64,000 bases of DNA, taken from NCBI GenBank assembly GCA_009773355.1, contig WRPG01000021.1:2394-66393 (forward strand), written 5' to 3'. This DNA comes from Limisphaerales bacterium. GTDB lineage: Bacteria; Verrucomicrobiota; Verrucomicrobiia; Limisphaerales; SXTU01. The notes under the pieces are model-generated. The model saw only the letters and a list, made by a program, of their open reading frames with translations, was not told the DNA's origin and ran no database searches. The position numbers and the translations under genes are program-made. Positions within the stretch are counted from its first letter, which is position 1; each line of letters starts with the position of its first letter. Of this stretch, positions 17,264 to 25,959 are shown piece by piece.

Positions 17264-17815
17264 ATGAGACTGTCAGACCTTCAACTCCACCTTCGAAATG
17301 TCTCGATGCCTGTCACGTTCGCAATTGCCACGGACGAACGAGAGCGATGGCTTGAGAGCCGCCAGCCTGAACATCACTGCACGGGCTTTGGCGAATACCG
17401 CACACTCGACCACCACCACCTTTTTGTCAGCAGCGCGCACATTGTTGCCGCGCGGCTCTTAAACGACCAGGTTCTCGAAGTGCCGGATGACTACGATGAA
17501 GCGTGGAAGAAACGGGAACAGCCCAACTCTGAAACCATGGAGTTCATTCCAGAATCGTGGCGATTTCGGTTCTGGGTAAACGGTTGCGATGAACCATTCG
17601 AGGTCAGCGATTTGGACGAACATGACTTCGTTACAATCTCGTGTGCTCTGCTGAACTATGAGCACTCCGGAGAATCCTTCGTCACCGTCGTCGATGAGGA
17701 CGGTGAGCCGATTTCGCTACGGATTGCAGACGTGATGCTCGCCGACGGCTTCGATTGCCTAAACTACAAAGTCGAGGAATCTCAACCAGCTTTCGATATT
17801 CGGGTGGTTAAGTGA
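17264..17815 (+). CDS. Hypothetical acidic protein (orphan, lower GC); ATG 17186 is an alternative start
   Basis: Only the 3' part of ORF 16028..17815 is protein-like (MRLSDLQLHLRNVSMPVTFAIATDERERWLES...VVDEDGEPISLRIADVML). That part coincides with an AT-richer segment. The 5' part is antisense to the 1028-aa gene. Confidence 0.55.
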   Translation: MRLSDLQLHLRNVSMPVTFAIATDERERWLESRQPEHHCTGFGEYRTLDHHHLFVSSAHIVAARLLNDQVLEVPDDYDEAWKKREQPNSETMEFIPESWRFRFWVNGCDEPFEVSDLDEHDFVTISCALLNYEHSGESFVTVVDEDGEPISLRIADVMLADGFDCLNYKVEESQPAFDIRVVK

Positions 17816-17859
17816 ACATCACTTGCGGGCGGGCCGCCCGCTTCCCCACACTCCGCCGC

Positions 17860-19119
17860 ATGACTTCGAAGTGGAAGTTCCTCGGGCTGTCTGCCGTGCT
17901 GTGGCTGCTGCTGTTCCTCACCCTGCCGCATTGGCTCGGGGCGCAGACGAACACGAACACCGTCGCCGCCACGAACGCGCCCGCGCGGCCCGCGCCCGCC
18001 ACAAACCTGCTCACCCAGCTCGCCGGCGAACGCGCCGATGTGCTCACCTTCGGCCTCGACCGCTTCGAGCCGCTCCGCACGCCATTCCTCGGCAACCCGC
18101 TGTGGCAATACCTCGCCTCGCTCATCTACATCGTGCTGGCGTTCTACGTGGCGAAGTTCCTCGACTGGCTCACGCGTGTCTGGCTGCGCCAGTTCACCAG
18201 CAAGACGCAGACTTCCCTCGACGACCAGCTCCTTGAGCTGCTCAACGGCCCCATCAAGGTCGTCGCCTTCGTCGTGTTCCTGCACATCGGCCTGAGCATC
18301 TTCCACTGGCCGCCGGCGGCCGAGCTGTGGCTGCACAAGGCGTTCGTCGTCGTCCTCGCCGTCTCGCTCACCTACATGGTGCTCAAGGTCACGGACGTGC
18401 TGGTGGACCTCTGGCGCGAGCGCGGCGCGGACGTGGAGAAGGGCACGAACGACCAGCTCTTCATCGTCATCCGCAAAGGCATCAAGGCGTTCCTCCTCGT
18501 TATCGCCGTGCTGGTCACGATGCAGAACCTCGGCGTGAACGTGACCGCCGCCGTCGCGTCGCTGTCCATCGGCGGCCTCGCGCTCGGCCTCGCGGCGCAG
18601 GACACGCTGGCGAACCTGTTTGGCGCGGTGGCCATCTTCGCGGACAAGCCCTTCCGCGTCGGCGACCGCATCAAGCTCGACGCCGTGGACGGCACCGTCG
18701 AAGGCATCGGCCTGCGCAGCACGCGCGTGCGCAACCTCGACGGCCATCTCGTCACCATCCCGAACAAGACGATGGGCAACGCGACCATCACGAACGTCGC
18801 CGCGCGCCCGAACATCAAGACCGAGATGAACCTCGGCCTCACCTACGACACGCCGGTGGAAAAGGTGCGGCGCGCGACGGCCATCCTGGAAGAAGTCTAT
18901 CGCGCCCATCCGATGACTTCGGATGTGTGGGTGAGCTTCAACCGCTTCGACGCTTCCGCGCTGAATCTCAACGTGACGCACTGGTGGAACGGCGTGGAGC
19001 CAAAGGCGCACCTCGCGGGAATGCAGGAGTTGAACTTGGAAATCAAACGCCGCTTCGAGGCGGAGGGCATCGAGTTCGCGTTCCCAACGCAGACGGTGCA
19101 TGTGCGGACGAAGGGCTAG
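17860..19119 (+). CDS. Mechanosensitive ion channel, MscS family
   Basis: MTSKWKFLGLSAVLWLLLFL signal/TM, several TM helices, MscS core GLAAQDTLANLFGAVAIFADKPFRVGDRIKLDAVDGTVEGIGLRSTRVRNLDGHLVTIPN. Confidence 0.85.
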   Translation: MTSKWKFLGLSAVLWLLLFLTLPHWLGAQTNTNTVAATNAPARPAPATNLLTQLAGERADVLTFGLDRFEPLRTPFLGNPLWQYLASLIYIVLAFYVAKFLDWLTRVWLRQFTSKTQTSLDDQLLELLNGPIKVVAFVVFLHIGLSIFHWPPAAELWLHKAFVVVLAVSLTYMVLKVTDVLVDLWRERGADVEKGTNDQLFIVIRKGIKAFLLVIAVLVTMQNLGVNVTAAVASLSIGGLALGLAAQDTLANLFGAVAIFADKPFRVGDRIKLDAVDGTVEGIGLRSTRVRNLDGHLVTIPNKTMGNATITNVAARPNIKTEMNLGLTYDTPVEKVRRATAILEEVYRAHPMTSDVWVSFNRFDASALNLNVTHWWNGVEPKAHLAGMQELNLEIKRRFEAEGIEFAFPTQTVHVRTKG

Positions 19120-19240
19120 CCCGCCTGGGCGAGCCAGCCGGATCAAGGCCGGGGCGGCCGGTCACCGCACCTGCGCGGAGAGCCTGGAGCAGGCGGTTCC
19201 CGAGGGGACGGCCAAGGCGAGAGCCAACGAGCTGCCAAGG

Positions 19241-19407
19241 TCCGCGATTTCGGCCCTTGAACCTGCCCAGCGGATGGAGCGCGGGACTCCGGCCCGCAGC
19301 GGCCACCTCAACCCGGGGGGCGCTGCGGATATTCGCACGGTGGCTGGCGCAAGTTGCCGCTGCGGCCCGGAGGGCCGCGCTCCGGTTCAGGGGCCGAAAT
19401 CGCGGGA
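19241..19407. repeat. Long imperfect palindrome (~167 nt) in a 400-bp intergenic gap
   Basis: tccgcgatttcggcccttgaacc...gagcgcgggactccggcccgcagcggc pairs with gccgctgcggcccggagggccgcgctccggttcaggggccgaaatcgcggga. About 50 bp of potential stem. Confidence 0.65.
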
Positions 19408-19518
19408 GTTTGGGGATCGTGGATTCTCTCCCCAACCCCCTCCTCCCTCCGAGGGCGGAGCGGAAGTCCACCCGCTGGCGATGGGGCAGGATGCGCCCCG
19501 GTCGGACAGCCGCAACGG

Positions 19519-20382
19519 TCACGGCTTCCGCGCCGGCGCGGTCGCCAAAATCTTCCCGAGGATCTGCCCCATGTCCTCGTTGTGCTGCTTCGAGGCGAGG
19601 GCAAAGGCGCGCACGATGTCGAGGAGGAAGCCGGCGTTGGCGCGGTTGAAGTCGTAGAAGACGGTTTCCTTGGTCCTGGCCGGGCCGGGCGCGCGCGGTT
19701 TGCCATCGGCGGTGAGCGCCTGAGCCATTGGCAGGCAGACATAGACCATCGCCTGGTTGCCGACGCCGCGCTGGCGGGGCTTGAGCTGGATTTGAATCCA
19801 GCCGTGCTCGGTCTCGCGCAGGAACTGCGGCACCTTCTGCGTCCAGCGCGTGAAGCCGTCGGGCAGCGCGCCGCCCCTGGGGTCGAGCGGCGTCCGCTCG
19901 GTCGTGATGCCCTCGCGCTCCTCCAACGTCGCCTCGGCGAGCTTGGCCAGCCGGTCGCGCTCGCGGAGCAGGTCGTTGGTCGAGATGATGCCGAGGCGCA
20001 GCGCGTCCACGAGCAGCTTGCTCAACTCCGCGCCGAACTTCGGCTCGCCCCGGCGCGTGAACTGGATTTCCTTCACGACGTTCGGCGCGTCGGCCTCGCG
20101 GGTGTCGTAGCCGATCTGCCATTCGAGGTAGTGCGTTGCGCCGAGCGCGGTCTTGGTGGGGGCGAGCGGCTCGCCATAGCCGTCGGGCGTGCGCTGCTTG
20201 GGGCGGACCTTGCCGGTCACATCGGTGAGCGGGAGGCGGACCCGGACGGACTGGCCGGCCGGCTCAATGCGAACCAAGCGATACTCCGTGTCGGCGGCGA
20301 AGGCCGGGAGCAGGCCGGCCAGCCCGCAAACCAGCAGCCGGAACAGCGACAGGATGCCGGAGGCGCGCGGTTTGTCTTTCAT
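19519..20382 (-). CDS. Hypothetical secreted protein
   Basis: Signal peptide SGILSLFRLLVCGLAGLLPAFAA. 287 aa. ATGA overlap (20379-20382) with the upstream zinc-ribbon gene. Confidence 0.6.
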   Translation of the reverse strand: MKDKPRASGILSLFRLLVCGLAGLLPAFAADTEYRLVRIEPAGQSVRVRLPLTDVTGKVRPKQRTPDGYGEPLAPTKTALGATHYLEWQIGYDTREADAPNVVKEIQFTRRGEPKFGAELSKLLVDALRLGIISTNDLLRERDRLAKLAEATLEEREGITTERTPLDPRGGALPDGFTRWTQKVPQFLRETEHGWIQIQLKPRQRGVGNQAMVYVCLPMAQALTADGKPRAPGPARTKETVFYDFNRANAGFLLDIVRAFALASKQHNEDMGQILGKILATAPARKP

Positions 20383-21155
20383 TCCTTCTCTCCTTCCAGC
20401 CTGGCCAGCGTCGCGGCGGTGACGGGCGTGGTGCCGATGATGTTGACCTTGAAGGTCGAGCCGACGTTGGCCGGCAGGTTGCGCAAGGTGTCGGTGGCGG
20501 TGTCGCCCGTCCTGCCGCCCTGCCGCGTGAGGTCGAAGGTCAGCTTCACGTTGAAGTATTGCTTCGCCGCGTGGTTGGTCACAACGCCGACGATGTATTG
20601 GAGGTTGCCGTCCTTGGCCTTCTGCACCTCGAAGCCCAGGAGCTGCAAATCGTCGCCCGGCTGGCGCGCGGGCGGCGTGCCTTTCGCAAGGATCACCGAG
20701 GTCGCGGCGGCGACGGGCGCGGGCATCGGCGCGGGTTGGGGAGACTCCGAGGCTGGTTTGGGCTTATCGGGTTTGGGGTCGCCTTGCACAGCCTGGACGA
20801 CCTCCCCGGACCGCCGAAAGTATTTCCAAGCCTTGAGGCCGACGAGGCCGAGCACCAGCAGGCCCGCGAGCACGCTGCCGACGAGGCTGAGAATCTGTTT
20901 GGACTTCGAGCCGGCGGGGGCGGCCGCCACGGGAGCCTTGCTCGCCGAAACGGGGGCGGCCCCGGCGGGCAAGGCGACCGGCCTGGGTGGCGGAGGCGGA
21001 GGCGGGGACGGCGCGGACGTGCCAGCAGGCGCGAGGAGCGTGGTCTCGACACCGCAATGCGGGCAGGTGGTGGTGATGCCGGCGGCATGGGCGGGAAACT
21101 CGATGTGCCCCTGGCAATAGGAGCAGGCGCATTTGAGATAGCCGCTGTCGCTCAT
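20379..21155 (-). CDS. Zinc-ribbon / Pro-rich linker / single-TM protein with a C-terminal beta-rich domain
   Basis: N-terminal CxxC...CxxC ribbon (CSYCQGHIEFPAHAAGITTTCPHCG), PPPPPPP linker, TM ILSLVGSVLAGLLVLGLVGL, then a ~110-aa domain. Confidence 0.65.
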   Translation of the reverse strand: MSDSGYLKCACSYCQGHIEFPAHAAGITTTCPHCGVETTLLAPAGTSAPSPPPPPPPRPVALPAGAAPVSASKAPVAAAPAGSKSKQILSLVGSVLAGLLVLGLVGLKAWKYFRRSGEVVQAVQGDPKPDKPKPASESPQPAPMPAPVAAATSVILAKGTPPARQPGDDLQLLGFEVQKAKDGNLQYIVGVVTNHAAKQYFNVKLTFDLTRQGGRTGDTATDTLRNLPANVGSTFKVNIIGTTPVTAATLARLEGEKE

Positions 21156-21406
21156 GGCAATTGGGACGGGCGGATGATTCGGCCAAGCCGGGGGCGGAGG
21201 CGAGCCAAATGTGGTTCACCGGACGCCACCGGTGCTGCCGCCACGCCGCAGGTCCGCCCCGCCCTCGCGGTTGGTTCGCAAGTCAACGCTTGCCAAGGGC
21301 CGCACTGGCCGGGATTTTAGCGCCATCGTTCGCGCCGAACACAGCTTGAGCTTCGGCAGCCGGGAGGGTTCCCCGGCGCGGTGCTCCCCTGCCCTGCCCC
21401 GACTCC

Positions 21407-24400
21407 ATGAGTGATGCTGAAGCCACGCGGCTGGAGGCGCTCCAGCGTTACCACATCCTCGACACGCCGCCGGAGCCGGCCTTCGACGACCTCGTGCAGC
21501 TCGCGGCGCAGCTCTGCAACACGCCCATCGCGGCGGTCTGCCTGCTGGACGAGAACCGCGTGTGGTTCAAGGCGCGCACGGGCGTGCCGACCGTCGAGGT
21601 GCCGCGCGCGGCTTCGTTCGCGGCGCACACGGCGCAGCAGACCGGGACGCTCGTGGTGCGCGACACGCTGGCGGACGAGCGGTTTCGCGAGCACCCGCTG
21701 GTGAAGGATTCGCCGCCGGTGCGCTTCTACGCGGGCCATCCGCTCATCACCCCGGAGGGCCACGCGGTCGGCGCGCTGTGCGTGATGGACCGCGTGACGC
21801 GCGGGCTGACCGGGCAGCAGGCGCTGGCGCTGCAGCGGTTGAGCCGGCAGGTGCTGACGCAGCTCGAAGTGCGCCGGCACGTCGCGGACCTGGAGCGCGA
21901 AATCAAGAAGCATCAGGAGACGGAGGACGCGCTGCGCTTCACGGAGGCGATGTTCCGCGGCATCTACGAGAACGCGACGGACGGCATCTTCCAGACGACG
22001 CCGGAGGGCAAATTCCTGTCCGCGAACCCGATGCTGGCGAAGATTTACGGCTTCGCCACGCCGGAGGAGCTGGTCACGGCGTTGAGCGACGTGTCGCGGC
22101 AGCTCTACGTGGACCCGGCGCGGCGCGAGGAGTTCGTGCGGCTGATGCGGGAAAAGGAGATCATCCAGAACTTTGAGTCGCAGGTCTTCAACGCGCGCGG
22201 CGAGATCATCTGGATTGCCGAGAACGCGCGGGCCGTGCGGGACGCGGAGGGGCAACTGCGCTATTACGAGGGCACGGTCGAGAACATCACCGAGCGCAAG
22301 CGTGCGGAGATCGCCGTGCGCGAGGCGGAGCGGCGCTTCCGCTCCATCTGGGAGAAATCCGCCGACGGGATGCGGCTCACGGACAAGGACGGCATCCTCC
22401 GCGCGGTCAACCCGGCCTATTGCCGCATCGTGGGCATGAGCGAGGCCGAGGTGATTGGCCAGTGCTACACCGTCAGCTACCAGGACTGCGAGGAGGTGCG
22501 CCGGCTGCACGAGCTTTACAAGGAGAGCTACCGCAGCCGCAGCATCCCGGAGCACCTCGACCGCAACATTCTCTTCCGCAACGGCCGGCGCGCGATTCTT
22601 GAGCTGTCGAACTCGCTGGTCGAAATCGAGGGCCAGGATCCGCTGATCCTGAGCATCCTGCACGACGTGACGGAGAACCGGCGCGCGGAGGAGATGCTGC
22701 GCAACTCCGAGGGCCGCTTCCGCTCGATCTGGGAAAAGTCCGTGGACGGGATGCGGCTCATTGACAAGGACGGCATCACGCGCGCGGTGAACCCCGCCTT
22801 CTGCCGGCTCGTCGGCCTCACGGAGACGGAGCTGCTGGGCCGGCCCTACACCGACCATTACGACCAGGGCGAGGACGCCCAGGCGCGGCTGGAACGCTTC
22901 CGTGCGGGCTATCGCGACCGCAGCATCGCTGAACACATGGAGCGGCGGCTGGCGTTGCGCGATGGCCGGTCAGTCCACGTCGAGCTGTCCATTTCGTTCG
23001 TCGAGGTCGCGGGCGAAGACCCGCTGGTGCTCACGGTTTTCCATGACCTCACCGCGCGCAAGCAGGTCGAGGCCGCGTTGCGCGAGTCGGAGTTCCTCTA
23101 CCACTCGCTCGTGGACAATCTGCCGCAGAACATGTTCCGCAAGGACATCGCCGGCCGGGTCACGTTCGTGAACAACCGCTACTGCCAGGAGATGGGCAAG
23201 CCGCGCGAGGAAATCATCGGCAAGACCGACTTCGACCTCTTCCCCGCCAATCTCGCCGAGAAATACCAGCGCGACGACCAGCGCATCATCGAGTCCCGCA
23301 AGCCCTTCGAGGCGGTCGAGGCGCACTTCACGCCCGAACGCGGCAAGACCTACGTGCAGGTCGTCAAGACGCCGCTCTACGACCGCGACGGCAACGCGCT
23401 GGGCATCCAGGGGATTTTCTGGGACGTGACCGAGCGCAAGCGCATGGAGGAGCAGCTCGCCTTCGAGCGCGACCTGCTGCGCGCGCTGCTCGACAACGTG
23501 CCCGACCGCATCTACTTCAAGGACACGGAGTCGCGCTTCCTCCAGGCGAGCCTCGCGATGGCGAAGCGCCTCGGCCTCAAGGACCCCGCCGAGGTCGTGG
23601 GCAAGACGGACTTCGACTTCCACCCGCCCGAGCTGGCGCGCGAGTTCTTCGCGGATGAGCAGAAAATCCTCCTCACCGGCACGCCCATCATCAACAAGAT
23701 CGAGCGGCAGCTCGCCATTGACGGTTCGGAAATCTGGGCCTCCGTCACGAAGGTTCCATTGCGCAACCGGGCGGGCTTCATCACCGGCATCATCGGCATC
23801 TCGCGCGACATCACCGAAATGAAACGCGTCGAGCGCGAGCTGCAACAGGCGCGCGACACCGCGCTCGAATCCACCCGGCTCAAGTCACAGTTCCTCGCGG
23901 CCATGAGCCACGAGATTCGCACGCCCATGAACGGCGTGGTGGGCATGATTGAACTGCTGCTGGACACGGACCTCGCGCCGCAGCAGCGCGAGTTCGCCGA
24001 GACCGTCCACTCCAGCGCCTACGCGCTCCTGCACATCATCAACGACATCCTCGACTTCTCCAAAATCGAGGCCGGCAAGCTGACGCTGGAGACGACAGAC
24101 TTCGACCTGCGCGAAACCGTCGAGCGCAGCGCCGAGTTGCTCGCACACCGCGCGCAGGCCAAGAACCTGGAAATCGTCTCGTGGATGGCCCCCGACGTGA
24201 CGCCGCACCTGCGCGGCGACCCGGTGCGCATCCAGCAAATCCTCGTCAACCTCATCGGCAACGCGGTGAAGTTCACCGAGCGCGGCGAGGTGGTGCTGCG
24301 CGTGCTCAAGGAGTCCGAGACCGACACGCATGTTACCGCGAAGTTCTCCGTCGAGGACACCGGCATCGGCATCGCCACCGAGGCGCAGGGGAAGATCTTT

Positions 24401-25852
24401 CAAGCGTTCACTCAGGCCGACGGCTCGACGACGCGCAAATACGGCGGCACGGGCCTCGGCTTGTCCATCTCGCGCCAGCTCGTCGAGCTGATGGGCGGCC
24501 GGCTGGAATTGCGCAGCACGCTGGGTGAAGGCTCGACGTTCTGGTTCAGCGTCACGCTGGAGAAGCAGCCGGGCCGCCCGCCGCGCGAGGCCAGCTCCCG
24601 CCTCGCGGGCGCGCGATTGCTCGTGGTCACCGAGAACGCCCACCTGCGCCACGCCTTCGCCAGCATGGCGAACTACCTCGGCATGAGCTGCGCCGGCGTG
24701 CGCAACGGCGACGAGGCGCTCCACGCGCTCCGCGACGCCGCCGCGAGCGTCACGCCGTTCGATGCCGCCGTCCTCGACATCAAGCTCGCCGGCGCGGACG
24801 GACTCACCCTCGCGCAGAACATCAAAGCCGAATCCGACATCGCCGGGACGAAGCTGATTCTCCTCACGCCCCTGGGGCAGAGGCTGGACGTGGAAATCAT
24901 GCGGCTGGCGGGGCTTTCTGGAAGCTTGCTCAAGCCGGTCCGTTTGTCGCGCCTGGAGGAATGTCTGCTCCGCGTGCTCACGCACGACGACCGCTCGCTC
25001 TCGCTGCCCAGCCCGTCGGAAACCGCCTTCCTTCATCGCAGCAAGGTGCCGCCCGGCGAGACCCGCCCGCTCCGCATCCTGCTGGTCGAGGACAACTCGG
25101 TGAACCAGCGCGTCGCGCTGCTCCAGCTCAGGAAACTGGGTTACGAGCCGGACACCGCGCTCAACGGCGAGCAGGCCGTCGCCGCCGTGCAGGCCAACGC
25201 CTACGACGTGGTGCTCATGGACTGCCACATGCCCGTGATGGACGGCTACACCGCCACGCAGCGCATCCGCGAATGGGAGCAGCAGCACAACCGCCCGCGC
25301 GTGCGCATCCTCGCGATGACCGCCGATGCCGGGCGCGGCGACGCGGAGCATTGTTACGCCGCCGGCATGGACGACTTCATCACCAAACCCGTGCATCTTC
25401 CTGAATTGAACGCCGCCCTCGAACGCGTGAACACCGTCGCCAACGCGGTTGAAGCCGGTTCGCCGCCGCCGGCTGAACCGCCCGCCACCCCGTCCGCAGA
25501 CGAGGCCACGCTTGACTTCTCCGTGCTCGCCACGCTGCGCGACCTGAGCGAGCCGGGCCAGCCCGACCCGGTGGTGGAGTTGATTGACCTCTTCATGGAG
25601 GACGCGCCCGACCGCTTGCAGGCCATGCAGACCTCCCTGGACCGCCGCGACACGGAGGCGTTGAAGATCGCCGCGCACTCGCTCAAGGGCAGCGCAAAGA
25701 ACCTCGGCGCGAAGCCGCTGGCGCGCATCTGCGCCGAGTTGGAGCAGCAGGCGCTCGCCACCGACTGGGACAACGCCCTGCTCACGCTGAAAGCCATCGG
25801 CCAGGAGTTCGAGAAGCTCCGCGCCGTCCTCGCGGCGGAGAAACAGCGGTAG
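21407..25852 (+). CDS. Multi-sensor hybrid histidine kinase (GAF, multiple PAS/PAC, HisKA, HATPase_c, two REC, HPt)
   Basis: GAF-like N-terminus. Repeated PAS blocks (RFRSIWEKSADGMRLTDKDG, RFRSIWEKSVDGMRLIDKDG, etc.). H-box FLAAMSHEIRTPMNGV. G-boxes DTGIGI and GGTGLGLSISRQL. REC LRILLVEDNSVNQRV...VLMDCHMPVMDG. HPt HSLKGSAKNLGA. Confidence 0.9.
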   Translation: MSDAEATRLEALQRYHILDTPPEPAFDDLVQLAAQLCNTPIAAVCLLDENRVWFKARTGVPTVEVPRAASFAAHTAQQTGTLVVRDTLADERFREHPLVKDSPPVRFYAGHPLITPEGHAVGALCVMDRVTRGLTGQQALALQRLSRQVLTQLEVRRHVADLEREIKKHQETEDALRFTEAMFRGIYENATDGIFQTTPEGKFLSANPMLAKIYGFATPEELVTALSDVSRQLYVDPARREEFVRLMREKEIIQNFESQVFNARGEIIWIAENARAVRDAEGQLRYYEGTVENITERKRAEIAVREAERRFRSIWEKSADGMRLTDKDGILRAVNPAYCRIVGMSEAEVIGQCYTVSYQDCEEVRRLHELYKESYRSRSIPEHLDRNILFRNGRRAILELSNSLVEIEGQDPLILSILHDVTENRRAEEMLRNSEGRFRSIWEKSVDGMRLIDKDGITRAVNPAFCRLVGLTETELLGRPYTDHYDQGEDAQARLERFRAGYRDRSIAEHMERRLALRDGRSVHVELSISFVEVAGEDPLVLTVFHDLTARKQVEAALRESEFLYHSLVDNLPQNMFRKDIAGRVTFVNNRYCQEMGKPREEIIGKTDFDLFPANLAEKYQRDDQRIIESRKPFEAVEAHFTPERGKTYVQVVKTPLYDRDGNALGIQGIFWDVTERKRMEEQLAFERDLLRALLDNVPDRIYFKDTESRFLQASLAMAKRLGLKDPAEVVGKTDFDFHPPELAREFFADEQKILLTGTPIINKIERQLAIDGSEIWASVTKVPLRNRAGFITGIIGISRDITEMKRVERELQQARDTALESTRLKSQFLAAMSHEIRTPMNGVVGMIELLLDTDLAPQQREFAETVHSSAYALLHIINDILDFSKIEAGKLTLETTDFDLRETVERSAELLAHRAQAKNLEIVSWMAPDVTPHLRGDPVRIQQILVNLIGNAVKFTERGEVVLRVLKESETDTHVTAKFSVEDTGIGIATEAQGKIFQAFTQADGSTTRKYGGTGLGLSISRQLVELMGGRLELRSTLGEGSTFWFSVTLEKQPGRPPREASSRLAGARLLVVTENAHLRHAFASMANYLGMSCAGVRNGDEALHALRDAAASVTPFDAAVLDIKLAGADGLTLAQNIKAESDIAGTKLILLTPLGQRLDVEIMRLAGLSGSLLKPVRLSRLEECLLRVLTHDDRSLSLPSPSETAFLHRSKVPPGETRPLRILLVEDNSVNQRVALLQLRKLGYEPDTALNGEQAVAAVQANAYDVVLMDCHMPVMDGYTATQRIREWEQQHNRPRVRILAMTADAGRGDAEHCYAAGMDDFITKPVHLPELNAALERVNTVANAVEAGSPPPAEPPATPSADEATLDFSVLATLRDLSEPGQPDPVVELIDLFMEDAPDRLQAMQTSLDRRDTEALKIAAHSLKGSAKNLGAKPLARICAELEQQALATDWDNALLTLKAIGQEFEKLRAVLAAEKQR

Positions 25853-25959
25853 CCCAGGAGCCGCCGCTCCATTCTCATGGGCACGCGGCTGAAGCCGGTG
25901 GAAACAGCGGGCTGCAAGGCTGCGCCACGGGCCTGGCAGCTCAGGTTTGGAGTTCGGAC

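Noticed and set aside
19120-19518. tRNA or other small RNA gene in the 400-bp gene-free gap.
   Set aside because: I could find no cloverleaf-compatible arrangement (no T-loop GTTCRANYC-like box or acceptor pairing). The region is reported only as an imperfect palindrome.
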